Part shown: positions 9,704-18,375 of the stretch, piece after piece
Numbering within the stretch: the first letter of the stretch is position 1
Layout of the letters: the number at the start of each line of letters is the position of its first letter
Source: Candidatus Velthaea sp.
GTDB taxonomy: Bacteria > Vulcanimicrobiota > Vulcanimicrobiia > Vulcanimicrobiales > Vulcanimicrobiaceae
Direction of reading: 5' to 3'
DNA length: 64,000 nt
NCBI GenBank assembly: GCA_050012475.1
Contig: JBEKHC010000006.1
Coordinates: forward strand, 17,544-81,543
The notes under the pieces: generated by a model
What the model was told of the DNA's origin: nothing
What the model saw: only the letters and a program-made list of their open reading frames with translations
Databases searched by the model: none
Program-made: the position numbers and the translations under genes

Positions 9704-11401
9704 CTAATGCGTGCCGGCGGACCCGGCGATGCCTTCGGCCTGCTCCAGCGTCGCGAGCTCGGGCAAGTCGTTGGGTGCCCCGCAGACGTTCGCCGTGTCG
9801 TGCTCGGGGAGGCCGCCCGGCGCGCCGCACGCGCTCACCAGCGAGGTCGTGGTGTTCGCGCGGCCCTTGTAATTGACGTCCGCGCTCAGCTCGGGCTTCG
9901 CTGCTTTGAGGGCCGCGATCTGCTCGCGGCTGAGCACTTTGGCGGTATCGAAGCCGAAATCGACATCGGTGCGGTTCCCGCGGAACTTGAGCCGCTCGAG
10001 ATCGTAGAACTTCTTGGTCGCCGTGCTCTTCAGAAACGCTTTGAGGCAGCCGAGCATGTAGCGGCGTTTGAGATTGTCGCCCTTGATCATGAGATACTCG
10101 AAGAACGCCTTGTGCATGTAGAAGCGCGCGTAATTGCGCAGCACGCCTTTGAGCACGTCGGCGCGTTCCATCTCGTCGGGCTTCATGATGGGCGTGACAA
10201 AATTGTACTTGGCGTAGTCGCGAACTTCGACGCGGTCGCCGAGATCCTCGAACAACTCGGCGAACGGCCACGGCGTATACATGTTCCAATTCGCCATGTC
10301 GGTCTTCCAGTCACGCGCGTAGCGGTACGTTTCCTCGATCGTCTCTTTCGTTTCGCCTTCGAGACCGATGATAAACTGCGCTTCGGCAACGATGCCCGCT
10401 TCGCGAATGAGTCGAATCGCCTTCTTGTTTTGTTCGATCGTCGTCTGCTTGCGGAACAGATCGAGCTTCATCTGCGCGGCTGCTTCGGTGCCGAGCGAGA
10501 TGTGCAGCAGCCCGGCCTTGCGGTACAGCGGCAGCAGATCGGCGTCGCGCAAAATGTCGGTCACGCGCGTGTTGATGCCCCAATACACGGGAATCTTGCG
10601 CTTGATGAGCTCCTCGCAGAGTTCGATGAACTTCTTGCGGTTGATCGTCGGCTCTTCGTCGGCCAGAATGAAAAAGCCGACGTTATAATCGCGAACGAGG
10701 ATCTCGATCTCGTCGACGAATTTCTTGGGATCGCGCGTGCGGTATTTGCGCCAGAATTTCCACTGCGAGCAGAAGCGGCACGTGAACGGGCAGCCGCGCG
10801 CGAAGTTCGGTACCGCAACGCGGCAGTTGAGCGGGATGTAAATATACTTGTCCCACTTCAAAATGCTCCAATCCGGCGTGAGCGTGTCGAGGTTCTCGAT
10901 CACCGGGCGGGCCGGAGTCGCGATGAGCTTGCCGTCTTCGAGAAACGCGAGGCCTTGGATATTCGCGCGATCGGTTTTGTCGGTTCGCGCGTCGATCGAG
11001 CGCAACAGTTCGACGATGATCTCTTCGCCTTCGCCGCGCACGATGTAGTCGATCCACGGCGCCTCGGACAGCACCTGCGCGTACATGAACGTCGGATGGA
11101 TCCCGCCCAAGATCGTGACCGCGCCGGGAACCGCTTCTCTCGCGAGCTTGAGCGTCGTTTGCGCTTTGTAGATCATCGGCGTGATCGCCGTTGCCATCAC
11201 GATATCCGGCTTCTTTTCGCGGATCATTTCGCGCAGCTGGTCGTCCTCGATGTGAAACGCCATGGCGTCGAGGAACGTGACGTCGTCGAAGCCGGCATGT
11301 TTGAGCGCGCCGCCGATGTAGGCCGCCCAACCCGGAGGCCAATTTCCCGCAATCTCCGCGCCCCCGGCGTGGTAGTTGGGTTGGATCATCAAGATGCGCA
11401 T
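9704..11401 (-). CDS. bchE: Anaerobic Mg-protoporphyrin IX monomethyl ester oxidative cyclase (B12-dependent radical SAM)
   Basis: [24 protein letters not shown]-terminus, [38 protein letters not shown]. Confidence 0.95.
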   Translation of the reverse strand: MRILMIQPNYHAGGAEIAGNWPPGWAAYIGGALKHAGFDDVTFLDAMAFHIEDDQLREMIREKKPDIVMATAITPMIYKAQTTLKLAREAVPGAVTILGGIHPTFMYAQVLSEAPWIDYIVRGEGEEIIVELLRSIDARTDKTDRANIQGLAFLEDGKLIATPARPVIENLDTLTPDWSILKWDKYIYIPLNCRVAVPNFARGCPFTCRFCSQWKFWRKYRTRDPKKFVDEIEILVRDYNVGFFILADEEPTINRKKFIELCEELIKRKIPVYWGINTRVTDILRDADLLPLYRKAGLLHISLGTEAAAQMKLDLFRKQTTIEQNKKAIRLIREAGIVAEAQFIIGLEGETKETIEETYRYARDWKTDMANWNMYTPWPFAELFEDLGDRVEVRDYAKYNFVTPIMKPDEMERADVLKGVLRNYARFYMHKAFFEYLMIKGDNLKRRYMLGCLKAFLKSTATKKFYDLERLKFRGNRTDVDFGFDTAKVLSREQIAALKAAKPELSADVNYKGRANTTTSLVSACGAPGGLPEHDTANVCGAPNDLPELATLEQAEGIAGSAGTH

Positions 11402-11429
11402 GAAGGCCTCACATTTGCGGCTGCGGTGA

Positions 11430-12617
11430 TCAAACGAGGACGATCTCGGCATCCCTGGCGATTTGCGCATCGCTGAGGTGACAGGCCGGATCAGGAGCCC
11501 ACATATCGCCGCTTTCGGCAAGGGCGCGAGAGCGGCAATTTCCGCCGCAGAGGTCGAGATAACGGCACGCCGCGCAGCGGCCTTTGAGCCGCGGCAGCCG
11601 GTCGCGCAAATCGGCCAGCAATTCGCTGCTGGGATCGGTCCAAATTTCGCTGAATTTTCGGTCCTTGACGTTGCCCAAAGTCGCGCTCTGCCAGTGCCGA
11701 TCGGGATGGACGTTCCCTTGCGAATCGATGTCGGCGATACCGACACCCGAGGACGAACGGCCGCCGCCGGCGCAAGCCAGCGCCGTATACGCGCGGTCGG
11801 CGGCGTCCAGCCGGCCTTGCGCGCGCAGCATCAAATAGTAAAACGGGCCGTCGGCGTCATTGTCGGCCGTGAAGATCCGGCGCCGGTCACCCCGGTCGTC
11901 GAATTGCCGCGCTCGCCGCGCGATCGTACGCAGGGCTTGCCGAATGGCATGCCGAGACGAGTCGGCTTGGGCATGTCCCCGGCTCGCAGCGACGACGTGC
12001 GCGAACGTGACGCGCTCGATCTGCAGGTCGTCGACGAAGTCGAAGATTGCGTCGAGCTCGCACAGCGTTTGCGGCGTTAACGTGAGCCGCAAACCGACGC
12101 ACTGCCCAGCCGCCTTGCAATGATGAATACCTTGCAAAGCGCGTTCGAACGCCCGCCGCTTGCCGCAGTACACATCGTTGGCGGCGCCGATCCCCGCGAT
12201 GGAGATCTCGACGGAAGCCACCCCGACGTCGCGAATACGGCGCGCAGTGTCGAGATCGAGCAGCGTGCCGTTCGTACACAGCGTCACGCTCAATCCGAGC
12301 GAGCACGCGTATTGCGCCAAATCGAGCGTATCGCGGCGGACCAGCGGTTCGCCGCCGGAAAAAGCCACCATCGGTACGCCGAATTCGGCCAGATCGTCGA
12401 GCAGCGCCCGCCCCTGGGCAGAGCTGAGTTCATCGGGATACGCCACGGCGCTCGAGTCGGTCTGGCAGCGGATGCACGCCAGATTGCACGTCCGCGTGAG
12501 GCTCCAAACGACGACCGGTTTGCGTCCCGCAACGCCGTCGGGCGAATCGCTGCCGCTGCGGCGGCGTCCAGCGCCGGGCAGCTCAGCGCCGCACACCAGC
12601 GCGGTAACGTCGATCAC
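11430..12617 (-). CDS. Radical SAM/SPASM protein, AhbC/NirJ1-like
   Basis: [76 protein letters not shown] at 12617 overlaps the upstream TGA. Confidence 0.8.
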   Translation of the reverse strand: MIDVTALVCGAELPGAGRRRSGSDSPDGVAGRKPVVVWSLTRTCNLACIRCQTDSSAVAYPDELSSAQGRALLDDLAEFGVPMVAFSGGEPLVRRDTLDLAQYACSLGLSVTLCTNGTLLDLDTARRIRDVGVASVEISIAGIGAANDVYCGKRRAFERALQGIHHCKAAGQCVGLRLTLTPQTLCELDAIFDFVDDLQIERVTFAHVVAASRGHAQADSSRHAIRQALRTIARRARQFDDRGDRRRIFTADNDADGPFYYLMLRAQGRLDAADRAYTALACAGGGRSSSGVGIADIDSQGNVHPDRHWQSATLGNVKDRKFSEIWTDPSSELLADLRDRLPRLKGRCAACRYLDLCGGNCRSRALAESGDMWAPDPACHLSDAQIARDAEIVLV

Positions 12618-13735
12618 GCAGTGGCGCTCTCGGGCGAACGAACGTACGCCGGGGATCGATAGACGCAGCACGGTTCGGACCCGAACGCGTCGCCGCTGAA
12701 CCCATACGCACGTGCACGCGAGCCGCCGCACATCTGGCGGAAATCGCAGCCGCCGCACTTTCCGTTCAACCGATCGGGATCGCGCAAACGACGGATGGTG
12801 GGATCGTTGCGGTAGACGTCGATGAGCTTCTCTTCGCGCACGTCGCCGACGGCGATCGGTAGAAATGCGCCGGGAAAGATGCCGCCGGTGTGCGAGACGA
12901 ACACCAAGCCCTTGCCGTCGCCGATCGCCGGAAAGCGAAAATGATCGGCCTTCGACGGCCGCTCCTTGACCGGCAGCGTTGCGATCCGCTGAGAAACGAA
13001 ACGCCGGAAATGCGGCGCTTCGGTCGTCGTCAGCATGAACGGCGCATCTTTCCAAACCGCAAAAAGGTCGGCGAATGCCGCCTCGAATCCCTGCGCATCC
13101 AGACAATCCTCGATCTCGGGCGCAGTCACGGGCACGGGAAAGGATACCGCCCACAGCGACGCGTCGAGCCGCGGAATGAGATCGGCGATCGCTTTGATCT
13201 GGGACTGATTGTGGCGCGCGAGCGTGGTGTTGATCTGCAGCTCGATGCCGGCTTCGCGGGCGTGCGCGGCTGCCGTCAGCGTGCGCTCGAACGCGCCTTC
13301 GACGCCGCGAAACCCATCGTGGGTTTGGGCGTCAGCCCCGTCCAGGCTCAACGACATCCGGCGGCAGCCGGCCGCGGCCAGCCGTTCGAGCGCAGATTTG
13401 GTCAGCCGTGCCGTTGCGCTGGGCGACAGCGCAACGCGCAACTCGCGCTGGACTGCGTACGAGACGATCTCGAAAATATCGGGCCGCACGAACGGATCGC
13501 CGCCGGCGAGGATAAAAATCGGCCGGCCGTAGGCGGCAACTTCGTCGACCAGATCGAAAGCCTCAGCGGTCGTGAGTTCCCGACCGTCACGCTTGGGAAT
13601 CGACTTCGCACGGCAGTGCACGCAGGTCAAGGCGCAGGCGCGCGTCACCTCCCAAATGACGATACGCGGACCGTCGTCGTAGATACTCACGGGCCTACCG
13701 TACTTGAGGTTCCCGAAGAACCCAGGAAGAAACAT
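12614..13735 (-). CDS. Radical SAM/SPASM protein, AhbD/NirJ2-like
   Basis: PRIVIWEVTRACALTCVHCRA, TTEAPHFRR, GDGKGLVFVSHTG, GKCGGCDFRQMCGGSRARAY..EPCC. Confidence 0.8.
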   Translation of the reverse strand: MFLPGFFGNLKYGRPVSIYDDGPRIVIWEVTRACALTCVHCRAKSIPKRDGRELTTAEAFDLVDEVAAYGRPIFILAGGDPFVRPDIFEIVSYAVQRELRVALSPSATARLTKSALERLAAAGCRRMSLSLDGADAQTHDGFRGVEGAFERTLTAAAHAREAGIELQINTTLARHNQSQIKAIADLIPRLDASLWAVSFPVPVTAPEIEDCLDAQGFEAAFADLFAVWKDAPFMLTTTEAPHFRRFVSQRIATLPVKERPSKADHFRFPAIGDGKGLVFVSHTGGIFPGAFLPIAVGDVREEKLIDVYRNDPTIRRLRDPDRLNGKCGGCDFRQMCGGSRARAYGFSGDAFGSEPCCVYRSPAYVRSPESATA

Positions 13736-13882
13736 ATCGGGAGTCCGTACAGTTCCTTCAACAAACGTTCACACGTTGACGACGCAACGCGTTCCGGAAA
13801 TTGCCGCGCCAACTCCAGAAATGACGGGGTGAGCGGGGTCGAGAAGCACACGAAGCGCCGCACAGGCGCGGGAGTTTTCACG

Positions 13883-14281
13883 ATGAAGCGGAGCCTTTTC
13901 CTGACCGCGGCCTTGACCGCTCTGACCGCGCCGGCGTCTGCGGCAGGCGTCACCGGCTGCACGTGCTGCGAAGGCTGGGCCGGCGCGATGAATGCGAAAG
14001 GCTACCACACCACCATTCACGAGATCGAACACGCGGCGCGCTTGGCGAAGTTTGCCATTCCTGCCGAGTTGGCCGGCTGTCACACCGCGGTTGCCGCGGG
14101 TTACCTCATCGAAGGGCACGTGCCGGTCGAGGCCGTCGCGAAACTCCTGCGCGAACGCCCGAAGACGCGCGGCGTCGCATTGCCCGGGATGCCCAGCGGA
14201 ACCCCCGGTATGCCCGGGCCGTCGAGCAAAATCGACGTCGTGTTCCTCGACGACCCGCAGCGCGTCTTCTTTACGCGCTGA
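13883..14281 (+). CDS. DUF411 family secreted metal-binding protein
   Basis: Signal peptide, CTCCEGW, GCHTAV..GYLIEGHVP, GVALPGMPSGTPGM; GGAG upstream of ATG 13883. Confidence 0.85.
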   Translation: MKRSLFLTAALTALTAPASAAGVTGCTCCEGWAGAMNAKGYHTTIHEIEHAARLAKFAIPAELAGCHTAVAAGYLIEGHVPVEAVAKLLRERPKTRGVALPGMPSGTPGMPGPSSKIDVVFLDDPQRVFFTR

Positions 14282-14310
14282 TCGTTGATGTGCGGGCAGG
14301 GCCGCGGCTC

Positions 14311-15948
14311 GTGACGCACGCCGTCGAGAATCAGCCGCCCCTGCTGTGTCCGTACAATGTGTTCGAGGCCAGCCCGCTGCTGAGCGAAACGCTGGACACG
14401 TTCGCGGCAGCCGGCGCCCGGCGGCGATTGAACGAGCTCGGCGCGCTCGCCGGCAGCGCCAAGGCCATCGGCTGGGGATTCGACGCCAATCGCAATCCGC
14501 CGGCCCTCAAGACGTTCGACCGCTTCGGACATCGCATCGACGAAGTCGAATATCATCCGTCATACCATGCGCTGATGGAGGTCGCGGTCACGCACGGTCT
14601 GCACGCATCTTCCTGGTGCGATCCGGCTGGGGGCGCCCACGTTGCGCGCGCCATTGCGTTCTTCATCTGGAGCCAAGTCGACGCCGGACACGGATGTCCG
14701 ATCTCGATGACGCATGCATCGATTTCCGCCCTGCGCGTGCAGCCCAATCTTGCCGCGCTCTGGGAACCCGGCATTCTCGCGGCTGCGTACGACCCCGTGC
14801 TGCGGCCGCCGGCCGAAAAACGAGGCCTGCTGCTGGGTATGGCGATGACCGAAAAGCAAGGCGGCTCCGACGTCCGCGCCAACACGACTCAGGCCGTCGC
14901 TACCGGGGCCGGCGGTCCGGGCCAAGAGTATGCGCTAACCGGACACAAATGGTTCTGCTCCGCTCCGATGTGCGACGCGTTTCTGGCGTTGGCGCAAGCA
15001 CCGCGCGGGCTCTCGTGTTTCCTCGTGCCACGCATCCTGCCGGACGGAACGCGGAATGTTTTCGCCTTGCAGCGGCTCAAAGACAAGCTCGGCAATCGTT
15101 CCAATGCCTCCAGCGAAGTCGAGTGGAACGGCACGCTCGCGTATTTAGTCGGCGAAGAAGGCCGGGGGATTTCGACGATCGTCGAGATGGTCAACTTTAC
15201 GCGACTCGACTGCATCATCGGTTCGGCCGCCGGCATGCGGCAAGCCGTGACGCAGGCCGCGCATCATCTTGCGCACCGTTCGGCTTTCGGGAAGATGCTC
15301 ATCGACCAACCGCTGGCGCAAAACGTGCTCGCTGATCTGGCGATCGAAGCCGAGGCAGCGGAGCTGACGTTTCTGCGCGCGGCACAGGCGTGCGACCAGG
15401 CCGCCCGCGATCCGGCGCAAGCCGCCTTCAAACGCATCGCTACGGCAGTGGGAAAATATTGGGTCTGCAAACGCGCCGCAGCCCACGCCGCCGAAGCGCT
15501 CGAATGTTTGGGCGGCAACGGCTACGTCGAAGAGAGCATCATGCCGCGGCTTTATCGCGAGGCGCCGCTCAACTCGATCTGGGAGGGATCGGGAAACGTC
15601 AACGCGCTCGACGTCCTGCGCATCCTGGCCAAAGAGCCCGCAGCGGTCGAAGCGTTTCATGCTGAGATTGCGACCGTGCGCGGCGCCGACGCGCGCTTCG
15701 ATGCAGCGTCGGCGGTCCTGCAACGCGAGTTGCGCGATCCGGACGAGCGCGAACGCCGTGGGCGGCTGCTCGTCGAACGGATGGCGCTGATGCTCCAAGC
15801 GTCGCTGCTCGTTCGCTACGGCGATCCGAACGTTGCCGACGCTTTCTGCGCCAGTCGCCTCGCTGGAGGCGCGGGCCATTGCTTCGGAACCTTGCCGCCC
15901 GAGGCCGGCTTCACGGCGATCGTCCGGCGTGCGGCACCGCTCCGATAG
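14311..15948 (+). CDS. aidB: AidB-like acyl-CoA dehydrogenase
   Basis: THAVENQPP N-terminus, GHGCPISMT, GMAMTEKQGGSDVRAN, QRLKDKLGNRSNASSEVE, REAPLNSIWEGSGNV; start could be 14290. Confidence 0.85.
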   Translation: MTHAVENQPPLLCPYNVFEASPLLSETLDTFAAAGARRRLNELGALAGSAKAIGWGFDANRNPPALKTFDRFGHRIDEVEYHPSYHALMEVAVTHGLHASSWCDPAGGAHVARAIAFFIWSQVDAGHGCPISMTHASISALRVQPNLAALWEPGILAAAYDPVLRPPAEKRGLLLGMAMTEKQGGSDVRANTTQAVATGAGGPGQEYALTGHKWFCSAPMCDAFLALAQAPRGLSCFLVPRILPDGTRNVFALQRLKDKLGNRSNASSEVEWNGTLAYLVGEEGRGISTIVEMVNFTRLDCIIGSAAGMRQAVTQAAHHLAHRSAFGKMLIDQPLAQNVLADLAIEAEAAELTFLRAAQACDQAARDPAQAAFKRIATAVGKYWVCKRAAAHAAEALECLGGNGYVEESIMPRLYREAPLNSIWEGSGNVNALDVLRILAKEPAAVEAFHAEIATVRGADARFDAASAVLQRELRDPDERERRGRLLVERMALMLQASLLVRYGDPNVADAFCASRLAGGAGHCFGTLPPEAGFTAIVRRAAPLR

Positions 15949-15963
15949 GATACGGTCCTTATG

Positions 15964-16009
15964 CCATTGCGCTCATTACGCCCAATTGCGCCCATTACGC
16001 GCATTACGC
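15964..16009. repeat. Five tandem 9-10 bp direct repeats, core ATT(A/G)CGC
   Basis: ccattgcgc tcattacgc ccaattgcgc ccattacgc gcattacgc read directly. Confidence 0.8.
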
Positions 16010-16024
16010 CGGGAACGAGGTTTG

Positions 16025-16330
16025 CGTAAGAATCGCTTAACAAAAAATGATGTGGATCTTCAGCGCAGCGCCGAGCGGCGTTACGTTAGCTTCGTTAAAG
16101 ACTCTTTACAACCGTAAAGCTGCTTTACAAACGGCCCATACATCGTTAGCGCTCGCGTCGAATGCGCGACGATGCTTTTCGTTAAAACTGCTTTACACGG
16201 ATAGCTTCGTACGTCATTTGCGGTCAACGCTGCAAACGGCGATTGCGTAAAAACCACTTTACAAACAACGCGTACGCCGCTAACGACGCGCCATCCGGCG
16301 CGACGAGGCTTTCGTTAAAACCGCTTTACA
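16025..16330. repeat. Array of six 17-18 bp pseudo-palindromic boxes, CGT(A/T)AA..CTT(T/A)ACA, ~67 bp period
   Basis: Boxes start at 16025, 16093, 16113, 16180, 16246, 16313 (spacings 68, 20, 67, 66, 67). Confidence 0.85.
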
Positions 16331-17378
16331 CGGACTAAAGTCCGTAGCTTTTACGGCGTTAAGAACCATACGGTTGTAATAATTGCCGGGCGATACGATA
16401 CGAACGTAGCACTTCATGCTGCGCCGCCCGTAGCGCCTATGCCCTAAGGCGTCGGGCCGCCGGGTTATCTGTTTATCGAGTCAGCTCCGGCCATCAAACT
16501 GCCATAGTACGCTCTGCGCTACTATATATAGCGCTTCCCAGAGCAATACAATCCCTGAACGCTCCGTCGCGCAGGGATCCGCGGCGACTACCCGGCCAGC
16601 GGATGTCCCGTCGACGGCTTCGGCGTGGGCTTGGCAACGGCCGGCGCATAAAAGGCTGCGGGCGTCGCATGGTTCACGTAGGCAGCAGCGTGCGAACCGG
16701 CACCGGACATTGCTGACAGAAGGGCCACGAGAAGGGCGATCATTTAAATTAGACCTCACAGCGAGAAGTGCGAACAAAGAAGAAGACCAAGGCAAGTCGA
16801 CCAACATTTTTGCTGGTCCAAAGACTGATGGACCGAGTTAGACTTGAATGGTTTCACGTCAAATTCTGCCGTTGTTAAACGCGGTGGACCGCGTTGACTA
16901 CGGTAGCTTCCGGGCGGCTGGCCCTTTTTCACACGAGCCTGCCTCCGTATTTTCAGTATTCGGTTGCCGTTGGCTGAACTTTATAGTGCTCCAGTATGAT
17001 TCTGCAGACAACTCTACGAACTTGCAGGTTCCCTCTTTTTCAATGATCGAACGACATTAGGCCCTACCGTATTTGCATATAACAACAGTGCCGTGCAATA
17101 GGAACATTCGCGTCAATTACTCAGAAACAGTTTGAACGGACGGATGCTCGTCCTTGCGTTCGACACAATCCGCCTTGAACGCGCAACAGTACAGAAGGCT
17201 GGAAATCCTAGCGCCTGCGGTCCAGCAACGCCCGGCAAACGGGTTTAGATTGGGTTCGGGTTCGCCGAATCCGCCGCATTTGGGGCTACGCATAAGCCGC
17301 AGGGCTCGAGTGGGACGCCCACCCGAGCGAGGCCCAGGCGCCCAGCCAGTCGTCGCGTGCCGGGTAAACCCGACCGGT

Positions 17379-18368
17379 TCAGGAACGCTTGGTCAAGACG
17401 TCGTTCATGGCGTCGATGACTTCGGGATCGAACTGCGTCCCGGAGTGACGGCGCAACTCTTCCAAGGCCGTTGCAGGCCGCATGGGCTGCCGATACGGCC
17501 GGTTCCCGATCATCGCGTTGAACGAATCGGCGACCGACACGATGCGAGCCGCAAGCGGGATTTTCGAGGCCGCGAGCCCATCGGGATAACCGCGGCCGTC
17601 GAGCCGCTCGTGATGGCCGCGCACCGCCGGCGTGTGCTGCGCCAGCAACGGGATCGCCGTGATGATCGCGCCTCCGTCTTCAGCATGCCGTCGCATGATG
17701 TTCATCTCCCGCGCGGTCAGCTTGCGCGGCGCCGTGAGGATTTCGGGCGGCGTCGTCATCTTTCCGATATCGTGGATCAATCCGCAGCGCGACACGTACG
17801 TCGTCTCGGTACGCGAAAGCGACATCCGCTTGCCGATGCGCGAGCACCAAACGGAAACGGCGCGCGAATGTTCCGCCGTCAATGGATCGGACGCCTCGAG
17901 GCGGCTCACCAGTTCGCCGAGCACGACATCGATTTCGTCCAGCGTATCGGTCGCAACCAACGCTGCAGGTACGCGCGGACGGCGAATGATGCGATCGATC
18001 TCTTCGGCCACTACGTCCAATTCCGACGTCCGGTTGGCCAGGCCCACGTTCAATTCGCTCACCACGCCGGCTGTCGTCGACGTCGCCGCGCTCAGCAGCC
18101 GCGGAATCACCGCCATGTGCGGATACTTCTCGCAGATCCCGTCGACCCACGCAAGCAAAATCGACCAGTCTCCGCCGGCGATCGCGTCGGCAAACCGCTC
18201 GGCGAACGACAGCGCCGTCAGTTCCAGTCCGATGTTGATCTCGCGCCGGCGAACCGAGCGTTGGATGACTGCGGCTGCAACGGCATACTTCTTCGCTCGA
18301 ACCGCGTCTGCGATAGCGATTCGATCGTCGCGAATCGGGCTGGCGACGAAGTGTCGCTCGAACTGCAC
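17379..18368 (-). CDS. HD-GYP phosphodiesterase with uncharacterised helical N-terminal domain
   Basis: DPLTAEHS, GLIHDIGK, HHERLDGRGYPDGL, ARIVSVADSFNAM..RPYR, GTQFDP; GTG 18368 lies 7 bp after the upstream stop. Confidence 0.9.
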   Translation of the reverse strand: MQFERHFVASPIRDDRIAIADAVRAKKYAVAAAVIQRSVRRREINIGLELTALSFAERFADAIAGGDWSILLAWVDGICEKYPHMAVIPRLLSAATSTTAGVVSELNVGLANRTSELDVVAEEIDRIIRRPRVPAALVATDTLDEIDVVLGELVSRLEASDPLTAEHSRAVSVWCSRIGKRMSLSRTETTYVSRCGLIHDIGKMTTPPEILTAPRKLTAREMNIMRRHAEDGGAIITAIPLLAQHTPAVRGHHERLDGRGYPDGLAASKIPLAARIVSVADSFNAMIGNRPYRQPMRPATALEELRRHSGTQFDPEVIDAMNDVLTKRS

Positions 18369-18375
18369 GGACGCC

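Noticed and set aside
16025..16330. CRISPR array interpretation of the ~67 bp periodic repeats
   Set aside because: Repeats are only 17-18 bp and variable, alternate linkers are homologous to each other, and no cas genes are in the window.
16850..16865. parS-like GGTTTCACGTCAAATT
   Set aside because: Only 12 of 16 positions match TGTTTCACGTGAAACA, single copy, broken symmetry.
17230..17330. c-di-GMP-I riboswitch-like words (GGCAAAC, GTGGGACGC)
   Set aside because: Spacing and pairing do not fit; GTGGGACGC sits in a simple hairpin downstream of the HD-GYP stop.
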